Assembly (NCBI GenBank): GCA_012837735.1
Contig: DUQP01000031.1
Location: 16,581 to 80,580 of the forward strand
From: Bacillota bacterium
GTDB lineage: Bacteria > Bacillota > Sulfobacillia > UBA3575 > DUQP01
DNA length: 64,000 nt
Reading direction: 5' to 3'
Shown here: positions 1 through 10,134 of the stretch, piece after piece
Position numbering within the stretch: position 1 is the first letter of the stretch
Layout: every line of letters begins with the position of its first letter
Notes under the pieces: model-generated
What the model saw: the letters and a program-made list of their open reading frames with translations, nothing else
Database searches by the model: none
Told to the model about the DNA's origin: nothing
Translations under genes and position numbers: made by a program

Positions 1-35
1 CGTCTAATCCAAGTTGAAATATGGCTTAAGGAGAC

Positions 36-764
36 ATGGCCTTGCCCGCACTAATTGAACTGGAGAATATCACGAAGACATATCAGACCGGAAAGCTGAC
101 TGTGGAGGCTTTGCGTGGGGTGTCATTTTCCGTGTCGGCGGGCGCATTCATCTCCATTATGGGGCCATCCGGTTCCGGGAAATCCACTTTGATGAATGTG
201 CTCGGGTGCCTGGATTTGCCTGCCAGCGGCAGCTACCTTTTGGATGGCCAGGAAGTGGCCGCCATGAGCAACGGTCAATTGGCCGATCTGCGTAACCGGG
301 CGATTGGCTTTGTGTTTCAGACCTTCAACCTGTTGCCACGTTTGACTGCCCGGCAGAACGTAGAATTGCCACTCATTTACCGGGGAATGGACGATCAGGA
401 ACGAGCCAGGCGGGCGGATGCGGCTTTGCAGGCTGTCGGCCTATCGGACCGGATCCGGCATTTGCCAACTGAGCTATCAGGGGGCCAACAACAGCGCGTG
501 GCGATTGCGCGGGCGATCGTCGGTCAGCCGCGCATCATCCTAGCGGATGAACCGACTGGCAACCTGGACACGAAAAACGGCCAGGAGATCATGGCGTTGT
601 TCCAAGCGCTGAATGAAGAACAGGGGATCACTATTATCCAGGTGACGCACGATGAGCAGATGGCGCGCTATGCCAACCGGATCATCCGTTTGCGGGACGG
701 TCTGATCGCAAGCGATGCCGTCGTGCCGCAACCGATCGTTACCGGGGAGGGGACGTTGAAATGA
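36..764 (+). CDS. ABC transporter ATP-binding protein, MacB/LolD type
   Basis: Walker A GPSGSGKST, signature LSGGQQQRVAIARA, Walker B ILADEPTGNLD; RBS AAGGAGAC before ATG; first gene of ATPase-MFP-permease triad. Confidence 0.9.
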   Translation: MALPALIELENITKTYQTGKLTVEALRGVSFSVSAGAFISIMGPSGSGKSTLMNVLGCLDLPASGSYLLDGQEVAAMSNGQLADLRNRAIGFVFQTFNLLPRLTARQNVELPLIYRGMDDQERARRADAALQAVGLSDRIRHLPTELSGGQQQRVAIARAIVGQPRIILADEPTGNLDTKNGQEIMALFQALNEEQGITIIQVTHDEQMARYANRIIRLRDGLIASDAVVPQPIVTGEGTLK

Positions 765-2359
765 CCAGAAAAATCCTGCCACTGGTGCTGATCGGAGTCT
801 TGATATTTGCCTGTGGGGTATGGGCCAGCCGGGCCCTGTTTGCCACCGAAACCGGTGGTGGGCAGCCGGTATATGCGACGGCCCTTGTGGAGCGGGGCAC
901 GATTGAAGTGACGGTCGAGGGGTTTGGGCCGGTCCAGCCCATTTACCAGAGTGACATCCAAGCCTTCACAGAGGGGGTCGTGGAAGAAGTGTTCGTGGAC
1001 CGCGGGCAAATGGTGACGGAAGGGGACATCGTCGCCCGCCTGCGGAACGACAAGTTGATGGTGGAGATCGCCCAGCTGAGCAGTCAGTTGGAAAAGGCGC
1101 GCCTGGAGTTATCCGCTGTTTTGGGGGTTACCCCGGACCGCGTCACCACTGTCGATGCCAACCGCGGGATTAACGTCACAGCTCCTTGCAGCGGCCGCAT
1201 TCAGGACCTACAAGTGGCGATCACCGATGAAGTCTCGGAAGGGACATTGTTGGCCAGGATCGTCGATGATTCGCAGATCATCATTTTGGCCGAGGTGAAT
1301 GAACACACATTCAAAAATCTGCGCGAAGGCCAGGAATTGAATATGCAGGTGGAGGGTTTTCATGGTTTTATCACCGGCAAGATTACCGAGCTCGACCCGA
1401 CCCCGGTTCCGCGCAGTCACTCATTTTTGTACCGGGCGACGATCGTGGCGGAAAACACCGGGCTCTTGAAGCCGGGGCAGGTTGTGCGTATTGAGGTGCC
1501 GTTGGATGGAGGGGCGTTCACCCTGGTCAGCAAGATCGACCGCTACCGGGATGAAGAGGTGGTGCGTAGCCCGGCGGAGGGGACCGTCACCGAGTTGCCC
1601 GTCAAGGGCTGGAGTGTGGTGGAGCAGGGTGATGTGATCGCCGTGTTGGGGGGCTCCACCGCCCAGCGCTATATCAAGGGGCGGCAGCTCGACATTCAGG
1701 ATTTAGAGGTGGAATTGGCGCAAAAGCAAGAAGAACTGGAGAATCTCACCATCCGTTCGCCGATCACAGGCGTGGTGGCCTGGATCTGGGCTAACCGCGG
1801 CCAACAACTGCGTTCCGGCGAGACATTGGCCATGGTCATGGATCAGAGCAAAATGAGCCTCAATATCCAGGCTGACGAGCTGGATGTGGTTTATATCAGG
1901 GAGGGGCAGGAAGCGCGCATTACGGTCGATGCCGTCCCCGGCCAGCAGTTCCCGGCGCGGGTGGAGCGGGTGGACATGATGGGCCAGACCAATGACGGCA
2001 TCGCCACATACAACGTCAATTTACTGGTGGAGGACACCGAGGTCTTACGACCCGGGATGACGGCCAACGTCTACATATTCGTGGACAGCAAGGAAGATGT
2101 TTTATTGGTGCCGGTGGAGGCGATCTTTGACCAGGATGGGCAGGCGATGGTGGAAGTGATCGCAGCAAACGGGCGCCCGGAAGCCAGGCCCATCGAGATC
2201 GGCCTGATCAACAGCCGGGTGGCGGAAGTGGTGTCCGGGCTTGAGGAAGGTGAACAAGTTGTGACAGGCTCCACGTTTGATCGCCTGGAAGAACGGGCCG
2301 ACGAGGGACGGGGCGGTAATCCGTTGCCCGGCGGCCCGGTGATGGAGAAACGGATATGA
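761..2359 (+). CDS. HlyD-family membrane fusion (periplasmic adaptor) protein, unusually long (532 aa)
   Basis: N-terminal TM, long coiled-coil segment, beta-barrel/lipoyl-like MFP motifs; ATGA overlap with upstream ATPase gene. Confidence 0.8.
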   Translation: MTRKILPLVLIGVLIFACGVWASRALFATETGGGQPVYATALVERGTIEVTVEGFGPVQPIYQSDIQAFTEGVVEEVFVDRGQMVTEGDIVARLRNDKLMVEIAQLSSQLEKARLELSAVLGVTPDRVTTVDANRGINVTAPCSGRIQDLQVAITDEVSEGTLLARIVDDSQIIILAEVNEHTFKNLREGQELNMQVEGFHGFITGKITELDPTPVPRSHSFLYRATIVAENTGLLKPGQVVRIEVPLDGGAFTLVSKIDRYRDEEVVRSPAEGTVTELPVKGWSVVEQGDVIAVLGGSTAQRYIKGRQLDIQDLEVELAQKQEELENLTIRSPITGVVAWIWANRGQQLRSGETLAMVMDQSKMSLNIQADELDVVYIREGQEARITVDAVPGQQFPARVERVDMMGQTNDGIATYNVNLLVEDTEVLRPGMTANVYIFVDSKEDVLLVPVEAIFDQDGQAMVEVIAANGRPEARPIEIGLINSRVAEVVSGLEEGEQVVTGSTFDRLEERADEGRGGNPLPGGPVMEKRI

Positions 2360-3642
2360 AAGCGCTGCTTGTGCAATTGCGGTTTGGCCTGTCCCTGGCA
2401 ATCGGCGGCGTCACGATGAACAAACTGCGTTCTGCGTTGACGCTGCTCGGGGTGATGATCGGTGTGGCCTCCGTCGTCAGCCTGGTGGCGATCGGCGAGG
2501 GGGCGCGCATGGCGATCACGGAGCAGTTTGAGAGTCTCGGCACCAATATCATCCGGGTGCAAAGCCACCGCTGGGATGCCCGCTTGACGATCACTGAGGC
2601 GGAAGAATTGGCGGAGCGGGTGCCGTCTTTGTTGGCGGCTATGCCGGTGGTGCAGGCGGACGCGCAGGTCAAGTGGCGCCGCACTTCCACGGAGTTGCCA
2701 TTGCTCGGTGTGACGGAGGATTTTCCGGTCATTCGGGATCACCAGGTGCTGGCCGGGCGGTTCATCTCCCATCTGGATGTGCAGGAGCGCCTGCGGGTGG
2801 CGGTGGTGGGCTATGGTTTGGTGGACCAACTGTTCGGCGGCCGTGACCCGCTGGGGGAGGCGGTTTACCTGGGCGGGCAACGCTTTACCGTCGTGGGCGT
2901 GATGGCGCCGAAAGGAGCCGGGATGGCAGGCGGGATCGACGGGCAGATCATCGTGCCCGTGACGGCGGCGCAACGCCTGACGAAAAGCACCAGGGTGAGC
3001 GAGATTTGGGCGAAAGCGCGCGATAAGTCCACCACCCATCTGGCGATGGTACAGGTCAGCCGCTACTTCCGGCACAAGTTCAATATCCAGGACCCAGAAG
3101 AAGGGGCCAGTGAGGATCCGTACGGGTATTATTACTACCCGCGTTATTACGGATCGAGTGGCGTTGAGTTGCAGCTCGGTCAGGGGGGAGCCGGTGTGCC
3201 GGCCATCACTGTCACGAGCGTGAATGAGCTGGTGCAGGAAGCGAACGCTGCGCAACGGGTGATGACGCTCATGCTGGGCGGGATCGCTGGCGTGTCGCTG
3301 TTGGTGAGCGGCTTGGGGATCATGAATATTATGTTGATTTCCGTGGCGGAACGCAGCCGCGAGATCGGTTTGCGGAAAGCGGTCGGCGCCCATACCTGGC
3401 ACCTGGTTTATCAGTTTCTGCTCGAAGCTCTGATCCTGTGCCTGGCGGGCGGGATATTGGGGGTGGGGCTGGGCTGGCTGGGGGCTGGTCTATTCGCCCG
3501 CCTGGGGATGGAACCGGTGGTGACAGCCCAGGCGGCGGTGGTGGCGCTAGTGGCAGCCATGTTGGTCGGATTGGCCTTCGGTGTTTACCCGGCTTATAGC
3601 GCTGCCAACCTGCAGCCGGTGGAGGCTCTCCGGCGCGAGTAA
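2356..3642 (+). CDS. ABC transporter permease, MacB/FtsX family
   Basis: N-terminal TM, large extracytoplasmic domain, C-terminal FtsX-type 3-TM bundle; ATGA overlap with MFP gene; Tyr-rich insert YGYYYYPRYYGSSG. Confidence 0.85.
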   Translation: MKALLVQLRFGLSLAIGGVTMNKLRSALTLLGVMIGVASVVSLVAIGEGARMAITEQFESLGTNIIRVQSHRWDARLTITEAEELAERVPSLLAAMPVVQADAQVKWRRTSTELPLLGVTEDFPVIRDHQVLAGRFISHLDVQERLRVAVVGYGLVDQLFGGRDPLGEAVYLGGQRFTVVGVMAPKGAGMAGGIDGQIIVPVTAAQRLTKSTRVSEIWAKARDKSTTHLAMVQVSRYFRHKFNIQDPEEGASEDPYGYYYYPRYYGSSGVELQLGQGGAGVPAITVTSVNELVQEANAAQRVMTLMLGGIAGVSLLVSGLGIMNIMLISVAERSREIGLRKAVGAHTWHLVYQFLLEALILCLAGGILGVGLGWLGAGLFARLGMEPVVTAQAAVVALVAAMLVGLAFGVYPAYSAANLQPVEALRRE

Positions 3643-3649
3643 CCATTGC

Positions 3650-3678
3650 TTGTCACCCATATCCCGGTGTGTTATAAT
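3650..3678 (+). promoter_or_regulatory. sigma-A type promoter for rpmE: TTGTCA-17 nt-TGtTATAAT
   Basis: -35 TTGTCA 3650-3655, extended -10 TGT TATAAT 3670-3678, 17-nt spacer, about 60 nt upstream of rpmE. Confidence 0.6.
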
Positions 3679-3740
3679 GAGCGTGTTCTGTAGCTATTTT
3701 CGCATGCCGGCTTGGCGGCTTTCGAGTTGAGGTGAATAAT

Positions 3741-3944
3741 GTGAAAGAGAAAATCCATCCCAAGTATGAGCAGACGAAGATCACCTGTGCTTGCGGCGCT
3801 GTGTTTGAGGTGGGATGCACGGCCTCTAATTTGCGCGTCGAGGTTTGCTCGCAGTGTCATCCAGCTTATACCGGTCAGCGGCAGGTGGCGGCCAGGGGCG
3901 GCCGGATTGAACGGTTCCGCAAAAAATACGGCGGGGATTATTAG
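3741..3944 (+). CDS. rpmE: 50S ribosomal protein L31
   Basis: KEKIHPKY...CxCG...[10 protein letters not shown] zinc-ribbon L31 signature; RBS GAGGTG 6 nt before GTG 3741 (ORF track's upstream GTG 3732 lies inside the RBS). Confidence 0.9.
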   Translation: MKEKIHPKYEQTKITCACGAVFEVGCTASNLRVEVCSQCHPAYTGQRQVAARGGRIERFRKKYGGDY

Positions 3945-3979
3945 CCAACGCTGCCAACGGGCCTTACAGGCAACAGACA

Positions 3980-4007
3980 GGCAGAGCCTTTGTGCTCTGC
4001 CGTTTTA
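3980..4007 (+). terminator. rho-independent terminator after rpmE
   Basis: GGCAGAGC-ctttgt-GCTCTGCC followed by GTTTT. Confidence 0.6.
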
Positions 4008-4034
4008 ACATACTGTTTTAGGAGGCGGATAGCA

Positions 4035-4898
4035 GTGCCGGAGGCCCTTTATGGTGGGCAAGCGGTGCTGGAGGGCGTGATGATGAAGGGCCCGCAGTGC
4101 ACCGCGATCGCCGTGCGGCGGCCGGACACCTCGATCGTCGTGAAAGAAGAGACTTGCGTATCCTGGACCCGGCGCAGCCCGCTGCTGGGCTTGCCGGTCG
4201 TACGTGGCGTGGTCTCATTAGTAGAAACACTGTTCTTGGGCATTAATGCCCTGATTTATTCCGCCAATCAGACCGCCGCAGATGAAAGCGAACAGCTGGG
4301 CTGGCTGGAAACCACCATTACGCTGGTCGTGGCGGTGGTGGCGGCCGTAGGGATATTCATCATCGCGCCCACCGCTCTCGGTGGGCTGGGACACCGTTTT
4401 ACCGCCAATCCCCTGTTGCTGAACCTGTTGGAAGGGGCCCTGCGTATTTTTTTCCTGTTAGCATACATTTATGCCATCTCTTTTATGAAAGATATTCAAC
4501 GGGTGCTGCAATACCATGGCGCGGAACACAAGGTGATCAATGCCTTTGAGTCCGGTGCCGAGTTGAGTCCCGCCTCCGTGCGCCCTTTTCCCACTCTGCA
4601 CCCGCGCTGCGGCACCAGCTTTCTATTGTTTGTGGCGGTCGTCAGCATTTTGCTGTTCACATTTTTCGGCTGGCCGGACCTGTGGACTCGCATCATCACC
4701 CGCCTATTGGCGGCACCTTTAGTGGCGGGGTTGGCTTATGAGGTGATCAGGTTGGCCGGTCGCAGCAAATCCCCGCTTGTCTGGCTGATTAGCCTGCCGG
4801 GCTTAGGTTTGCAACTCCTTACCACCCGGGAGCCGGACGATGCGCAGGTGGAGGTGGCGATCGCCGCCTTCCGTGCCGCTAAGATGGAGGGAAACTGA
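4035..4898 (+). CDS. DUF1385 (YqhQ-like) membrane protein
   Basis: N-terminus [14 protein letters not shown] typical of DUF1385; AGGAGG RBS 8 nt before GTG 4035; polytopic C-terminal half; sits between rpmE and prfA as in many Firmicutes. Confidence 0.7.
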   Translation: MPEALYGGQAVLEGVMMKGPQCTAIAVRRPDTSIVVKEETCVSWTRRSPLLGLPVVRGVVSLVETLFLGINALIYSANQTAADESEQLGWLETTITLVVAVVAAVGIFIIAPTALGGLGHRFTANPLLLNLLEGALRIFFLLAYIYAISFMKDIQRVLQYHGAEHKVINAFESGAELSPASVRPFPTLHPRCGTSFLLFVAVVSILLFTFFGWPDLWTRIITRLLAAPLVAGLAYEVIRLAGRSKSPLVWLISLPGLGLQLLTTREPDDAQVEVAIAAFRAAKMEGN

Positions 4899-4899
4899 C

Positions 4900-5970
4900 A
4901 TGCTGGAAAAATTAGAGGCCATAGCCAGGCGTTACCAAGAGTTGAGTGAGCAGCTTTCCGACCCGGATTTGCTGGCCGATCAGACCGAGTGGCGGCGGGT
5001 CGTGAAAGAGCATTCCCGCTTGGAAGATTTAGTGGCCACCTACCGCCAATTGCAGGCGGTGGAGCGGGAAATAGCGGGAGCCAACGAGCTTTTGCAGGAT
5101 AAACTGGAACCGGAGCTGCGCGAACTGGCGGAAACGGAGCTGGCTGATTTGCAGGAGCGGGCACAGGATTTGCGGGATAAGCTGAGACTAATGCTTTTAC
5201 CGCGTGACCCGCATGACGATAAAAACGTGATTGTGGAAATCAGAGGCGGTGCCGGCGGCGATGAGGCCGGTCTGTTTGCGGCGGTTTTGTTCCGCATGTA
5301 TACGCGCTTTGCGGAGCGCCAGGGTTGGAAGACGGAGGTGCTGGAGTCAAGCCCGACAGAGGTGGGCGGGTTCCGGGAAGTGATATTCGCCATCACCGGG
5401 GACGGTGCTTACAGCCGCATGAAATATGAGAGCGGTGTGCACCGGGTGCAGCGCGTGCCCACCACCGAGGCTAGCGGGCGCATCCATACGTCCACTGCCA
5501 CTGTCGCTGTCTTGCCGGAGGCGGAAGAGGTGGACGTGGAGATCGATCCAAATGATTTGCGCATTGACACATTTTGTTCCAGCGGTCCCGGCGGGCAGAG
5601 CGTCAATACCACCTACTCGGCCGTGCGCATCACCCATTTACCCACCGGGTTGGTGGTCTCCTGTCAAGATGAGAAATCCCAGATCAAGAACAGGGCGCGG
5701 GCCATGCGCGTGCTGCGGGCCCGGCTCTTGGATCAGGCGCAACAGCAGCAACGGCAGGAAGTGGCGGATGCGCGCCGCTCACAAGTCGGCAGCGGCGATC
5801 GCAGTGAACGCATCCGCACATACAACTACCCGCAAAACCGGGTTTCCGATCACCGGATTGGTTTCACCACCCATCGCCTGGAGGCGATCCTGGACGGTGA
5901 TTTGGAAGAAATAATCGATAACCTGGTGCTGGCGGACCAGACCGCCAAGCTGGCCGCCCTGGAGGCATGA
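4900..5970 (+). CDS. prfA: peptide chain release factor 1
   Basis: GGQ motif ([11 protein letters not shown]), RF1 PxT-region context, N-terminus MLEKLEAI...; start ATG 4900 after GGAGGG. Confidence 0.93.
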   Translation: MLEKLEAIARRYQELSEQLSDPDLLADQTEWRRVVKEHSRLEDLVATYRQLQAVEREIAGANELLQDKLEPELRELAETELADLQERAQDLRDKLRLMLLPRDPHDDKNVIVEIRGGAGGDEAGLFAAVLFRMYTRFAERQGWKTEVLESSPTEVGGFREVIFAITGDGAYSRMKYESGVHRVQRVPTTEASGRIHTSTATVAVLPEAEEVDVEIDPNDLRIDTFCSSGPGGQSVNTTYSAVRITHLPTGLVVSCQDEKSQIKNRARAMRVLRARLLDQAQQQQRQEVADARRSQVGSGDRSERIRTYNYPQNRVSDHRIGFTTHRLEAILDGDLEEIIDNLVLADQTAKLAALEA

Positions 5971-6842
5971 CGCGCGCCCAGGCATTGAAAAAGGCCGTCC
6001 AGGATTTACAACGGGCGGGCCTGGCACCGGCGCTGGCCGTGCGGGAGGCCGGCGATCTGCTCGCCCATGCCATTGGCCTGCGCCGCAGCGACCTATACTG
6101 GGAGCCGGATTTAGCATTGTCTGCCGGGGAGGAAGAAGCCTTCCAGGGATACGTGGCCCGGCGAATGGCCGGCGAACCATTGCAATATATTCTGGGCCAG
6201 TGGGAATTCATGGGCTTGACATTTGCCGTCGACCGGCGGGTGTTGATTCCGCGCCCGGAAACGGAAGGGCTGGTGATGGCCGTGCTGCAATTCCTGGCTG
6301 ACTGGCCGGGGTTCCCGCTGGTGATCGATGTCGGGACGGGCAGCGGGGCCATCGCGGTCAGCTTAGCCGTGGCCCATCCGCAGTGCCGGGTCCTGGCGAC
6401 GGATATCTCTGGCGAGGCGTTGCTGGTGGCAAAAGCGAACGCCCGGCGCCATAGCGTGGCCGACCGGATCGAATTCCGGCAGGGGGATCTGGTGATGGGG
6501 TCTGTCCCGGCGGCAGTGGTGGTTGCTAACCTGCCCTATGTGGCGGCGGGGGATTTCCAGGGGCTTGACCCGACGGTGCGGGATTATGAACCGGCCGTAG
6601 CGCTTTTGGGCGGGGAGAGGGGGACGGAAGTGATGGAACGCTTGATCGCGATAGCGCCCTCGGGCCTGGCGGCGGAGGGCTTGCTGGCCCTGGAGGTGGG
6701 CGAGGGGCAGGCGGCTGAGATTCAGGCGGCCTGCCTGGCGACGGGGGCCTTCCGGGATGTGGCCATCCGGCAAGATCTGGCGGGACGGGAGCGGATTGTG
6801 CTAGCTTATCGGACGGGGGAAGGGGCATGCACACGGAAGTGA
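5967..6842 (+). CDS. prmC: release factor glutamine N5-methyltransferase PrmC/HemK
   Basis: SAM motif [12 protein letters not shown]; substrate motif at the NPPY position reads NLPY; ATGA overlap with prfA. Confidence 0.85.
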   Translation: MTRAQALKKAVQDLQRAGLAPALAVREAGDLLAHAIGLRRSDLYWEPDLALSAGEEEAFQGYVARRMAGEPLQYILGQWEFMGLTFAVDRRVLIPRPETEGLVMAVLQFLADWPGFPLVIDVGTGSGAIAVSLAVAHPQCRVLATDISGEALLVAKANARRHSVADRIEFRQGDLVMGSVPAAVVVANLPYVAAGDFQGLDPTVRDYEPAVALLGGERGTEVMERLIAIAPSGLAAEGLLALEVGEGQAAEIQAACLATGAFRDVAIRQDLAGRERIVLAYRTGEGACTRK

Positions 6843-8308
6843 TGGCGGTTGATCGGGATCATCCGGCGCCGGATGTGATCGACCGGGCGGCGGCGGTCAT
6901 CAAGCGCGGTGGGCTGGTGGTGTTCCCGACGGAAACGGTGTATGGGTTGGGGGCAAATGGACTGGATGCGGACGCCGTGCTGGGCATCTTTGCTGCCAAA
7001 GGGCGGCCGGCGGACAAGCCCCTCATCCTGCACGTGGGCGCTCCTGAGCAAGTGAGGAATCTGGTGCAAGAGTTGACCCCGGCGGCGGACGTTCTTATGG
7101 AGCGGTTCTGGCCGGGGCCGCTGACGCTGGTCCTGCGGCGTAGTGCGCTGGTCCCGGACGTGGTCACCGGGGGTGGGGACACGGTGGCAGTACGGATGCC
7201 GGCCCACCCGGTGGCGCAGGCGCTAATCAACCGGGCCGGCGTACCGCTGGCGGCACCGAGCGCCAATTTGTCCGGCGGCGCCAGTCCCACCGCCGCTGAA
7301 CACACCGCCGGGCTGCACGGGCGGGTGGATCTGATCCTGGATGCCGGGCCGACGGGCGTCGGGGTGGAGTCCACGGTGCTGGACTTGACCGGACCCGTGC
7401 CGGTCATTTTGCGCAGCGGCGGCGTGGGCCGGAATGAGATCGGCGCTGTCCTGGGGTGCGAAGTGGAAGTGCGGGAAGGCGATGAGGTTTATCAACTCGC
7501 GACGCCGTTCATGTTACTGGACGGACCCCCGGAACAGGTGATCAGGCATTTGCGTCATCTACTGGCTCTGGATCAGGCGCAGGGGCGCCGGGCCGGCGTG
7601 CTGGCCTATCGCGAGGAAGTCACTTTTTGGTCGCCAGCTGCGCTGGTGCAGGTGGTGGGCAGCCGGGATGACCAAAATGAGTTGGCCGGGAACCTGTTTG
7701 CCGCTTTGCACAGGCTGGATGGGGCCGGTTTGGATGTGATTTATGCCAGTTGTGGGCCGTCTTCCGGACTGGGCGCGGCCATCAACGAACGCCTGAAAAG
7801 GGCGGCCGGCGGGCGGGTACGGCGGGTGCCGGTGCGCAGCTTGCTGTTCGTCTGCACGGGCAACACTTGTCGCAGTCCGATGGCCGAAGCGCTGTTTTTG
7901 GCTGCCTGGCAACGACGGTGCCGGGAACAACCGCCGGCGGTTAGTTCGGCCGGGGTGGCGGCTGTGCCGGGGGATTTGGCCACACCTGGTGCGGTGGCGG
8001 CCATGGAGACGCGTGGCCTTTCCCTGGCGGAGCACCGCGCGCAGGCCCTGGGAGCCGGCACGCCGGACCTGGTTTTGACCATGACGGGCGGGCAGCGGCA
8101 GCGCGTGCGGGCGAATTTTCCGGCCCTGGCGGAGCGGACATTCACGCTCCGGGAATATCTTGGCCAGGGAGATCTGGATGTGGTGGACCCGTTCGGCGGG
8201 GACATGGCGGTCTACCGGGCTTGTGCCGATGAGCTGGAGCGGTTGTGCGGGCAATTAGTGGAAATGCTCTGCCTGGCAGGGAACGGCCCGGTGGAACACG
8301 AAGTTTAG
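6827..8308 (+). CDS. tsaC: fusion protein: L-threonylcarbamoyladenylate synthase (TsaC/Sua5, YwlC-like) + low-molecular-weight protein phosphatase (YwlE-like)
   Basis: N-terminal VFPTETVYGLGANG...KGRPADKPLILH (YrdC/Sua5 core plus Sua5 C-terminal domain, about 343 aa), then in-frame LLFVCTGNTCRSPMAEALF (CX5R P-loop) and DPFGGD acid loop; alternative start ATG 6842 (TGATG overlap with prmC stop). Confidence 0.8.
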   Translation: MHTEVMAVDRDHPAPDVIDRAAAVIKRGGLVVFPTETVYGLGANGLDADAVLGIFAAKGRPADKPLILHVGAPEQVRNLVQELTPAADVLMERFWPGPLTLVLRRSALVPDVVTGGGDTVAVRMPAHPVAQALINRAGVPLAAPSANLSGGASPTAAEHTAGLHGRVDLILDAGPTGVGVESTVLDLTGPVPVILRSGGVGRNEIGAVLGCEVEVREGDEVYQLATPFMLLDGPPEQVIRHLRHLLALDQAQGRRAGVLAYREEVTFWSPAALVQVVGSRDDQNELAGNLFAALHRLDGAGLDVIYASCGPSSGLGAAINERLKRAAGGRVRRVPVRSLLFVCTGNTCRSPMAEALFLAAWQRRCREQPPAVSSAGVAAVPGDLATPGAVAAMETRGLSLAEHRAQALGAGTPDLVLTMTGGQRQRVRANFPALAERTFTLREYLGQGDLDVVDPFGGDMAVYRACADELERLCGQLVEMLCLAGNGPVEHEV

Positions 8309-8332
8309 GAAACCTGACCCGAGGAGGCGGGA

Positions 8333-8785
8333 ATGGTGAAGTTGGCAGTCGGTAGCGATCATGGCGGGCTCCTGTTAAAACGCCATCTGTGCGCATTTAT
8401 TGAAGAGCTGGGCATTGAATTTCATGATTTTGGCACATACAGCCCAGAACCGGTGGACTACCCGGACATTGCCCGGCAGGTGGCGGAAGCCGTGGTCCGG
8501 GGTGAATGCGAGCGCGGGTTGTTGGTTTGCGGGACCGGGATCGGGATGGCGATCGCCGCCAACAAGCTACCGGGGATCAGGGCGGCGCTTTGTCATGACA
8601 CATTCTCGGCCGTTGCCACCCGGGAACACAATAATAGCAATATCCTGTGCCTGGGTGAGCGCGTGATCGGGCCCGGTTTGGCCTGCGTCATCTTCCAGGC
8701 CTGGTGGGAGGGGAAATTCCGCGCTGGCCGGCATGCCCGGCGGGTGGAGAAGATCGCCGCTTTGGAGCGGGAATATGGCCGTTAA
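8333..8785 (+). CDS. rpiB: ribose-5-phosphate isomerase B
   Basis: MVKLAVGSDHGG...LLVCGTGIGMAIAANK RpiB/LacAB motifs; RBS GAGGAGG. Confidence 0.9.
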   Translation: MVKLAVGSDHGGLLLKRHLCAFIEELGIEFHDFGTYSPEPVDYPDIARQVAEAVVRGECERGLLVCGTGIGMAIAANKLPGIRAALCHDTFSAVATREHNNSNILCLGERVIGPGLACVIFQAWWEGKFRAGRHARRVEKIAALEREYGR

Positions 8786-8798
8786 AGGAGGGCGGGCG

Positions 8799-9350
8799 GT
8801 GCCAGAGGTGGGGGAACAGGTCAAGGCAGCGGCGACGGAGCTGATCAAACTGGCTGGATTGGGGCCGGGGCAGCTGCTGGTGATCGGTTGCAGCACCAGC
8901 GAGGTGCTGGGGCGGCGGATCGGTACTGCCGGCAGCCTGCAACTGGCCGCCGAGATCATGGCCGCTGTGCAGGCGGCGGCGGCGGAGCGGGGTGTGGCCC
9001 TGGCCATTCAGTGCTGTGAGCATTTGAACCGGGCTCTGGTATTGCCCAGGGCGGTGGCCGAGCAACAGCGCCTGCCCGTGGTCAGCGCCTGGCCGGTGCC
9101 AAAGGCGGGCGGCGCCCTGGCGGCCGTTGCCATGGATGCCCTGCCGGACCCGGTTTTGGTGGAAAGCATCCAGGCCGATGCCGGTCTTGATATCGGGCAC
9201 ACCCTGATCGGCATGCACCTGCGCCCGGTGGTTGTGCCGGTGCGGCTGAGTGTGGAGCGGATTGGCCAGGCCCCGCTCGTGGCGGCGCGCACGCGGCCGA
9301 AGCTGATTGGCGGGGAACGGGCCGTTTACCGGCGGGAGGGGACGCCGTGA
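8799..9350 (+). CDS. TIGR01440 (YwlG/DUF436) family protein
   Basis: follows rpiB as in the B. subtilis ywl operon; AGGAGG 6 nt before GTG 8799 (ORF track's longer ATG 8733 or 8775 start would overlap rpiB). Confidence 0.6.
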   Translation: MPEVGEQVKAAATELIKLAGLGPGQLLVIGCSTSEVLGRRIGTAGSLQLAAEIMAAVQAAAAERGVALAIQCCEHLNRALVLPRAVAEQQRLPVVSAWPVPKAGGALAAVAMDALPDPVLVESIQADAGLDIGHTLIGMHLRPVVVPVRLSVERIGQAPLVAARTRPKLIGGERAVYRREGTP

Positions 9351-9793
9351 GCCGACCGAGCTGGGACGAATATTTCATGCAAATTGCCGGGGTGGTGGCG
9401 GGCCGCTCCACGTGCCTGCGCCGGTCCGTGGGGGCGGTGTTGGTGAAAGACAAACGCCTGCTCGCCACCGGCTATAACGGGGCTCCCAGCGGATTAGCCC
9501 ACTGTGTGGACGTGGGTTGCCGGCGGGAGGCGGACAAAGTGCCTTCCGGCCAGCGGGCGGAAATCTGCCGCGGGTTGCACGCCGAGCAGAATGCTCTCCT
9601 GCAAGCGGCCAGGCACGGGATCTGCGTGCTGGGCGCGACCCTTTATTGCACGACGGAACCGTGCGTTCTGTGCAGCAAGATGTTGATCAACGCCGGGATT
9701 GTGCGGATCGTGTTCCAGGAACCATATGCCGATCCGCTGGCCCGGGAAATGCGCCAGGAGGCGGGGATAGAAGCGGTCCATTGGGGCTGCTAG
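9347..9793 (+). CDS. comEB: dCMP deaminase (ComEB-like cytidine/deoxycytidylate deaminase)
   Basis: HAEQNAL and PCVLC zinc-binding motifs, N-terminus [10 protein letters not shown]...RSTCLRR; GTGA overlap with upstream gene. Confidence 0.8.
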   Translation: MSRPSWDEYFMQIAGVVAGRSTCLRRSVGAVLVKDKRLLATGYNGAPSGLAHCVDVGCRREADKVPSGQRAEICRGLHAEQNALLQAARHGICVLGATLYCTTEPCVLCSKMLINAGIVRIVFQEPYADPLAREMRQEAGIEAVHWGC

Positions 9794-9796
9794 GAG

Positions 9797-10129
9797 GTGG
9801 CTCGTTTGTCAGAGGATACGAAAACGATTGCTTTGCCGCGGTTGAATAATCTCAAGCCGTCATTGGAATCGACCGCTTTGAAATTATTAGAAGAGGCCGG
9901 TGAGATGGCGGCCCTGATCGGTAAATTCCGCGGTATGAGCGGTGAGCGGGTGACGATGGACAGGCAGCAGGTGGTGAATGAGATCAGCGCCGAACTGCTT
10001 GATGTGGCGCAGACCGCCGTCACCATGATGTTTGTCCTGGAAGCGCAATATCAGGTTGATTTGCATGCCCTGATCGATGAACATATCCGCAAACTCTTAC
10101 GCAAAGGTTACCTGCGGTTGGAGGCCTGA
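9797..10129 (+). CDS. small MazG-like nucleotide pyrophosphohydrolase family protein
   Basis: EExGE-type motif LLEEAGEMAALIG and second acidic helix ELLDVAQT; likely true start TTG 9806 (AGGAGG 8 nt upstream). Confidence 0.5.
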   Translation: MARLSEDTKTIALPRLNNLKPSLESTALKLLEEAGEMAALIGKFRGMSGERVTMDRQQVVNEISAELLDVAQTAVTMMFVLEAQYQVDLHALIDEHIRKLLRKGYLRLEA

Positions 10130-10134
10130 GCAAT

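Noticed and set aside
2071-3402. 443-aa minus-strand ORF (and many other long minus-strand ORFs, e.g. 33408-34442, 45835-46695, 58433-59431, 11470-12078)
   Set aside because: They lie antisense to well-supported plus-strand genes in a roughly 62% GC genome, where stop codons are rare on the opposite strand. The proteins are low-complexity (Arg/Pro/His-rich) and have no RBS or recognisable domains.
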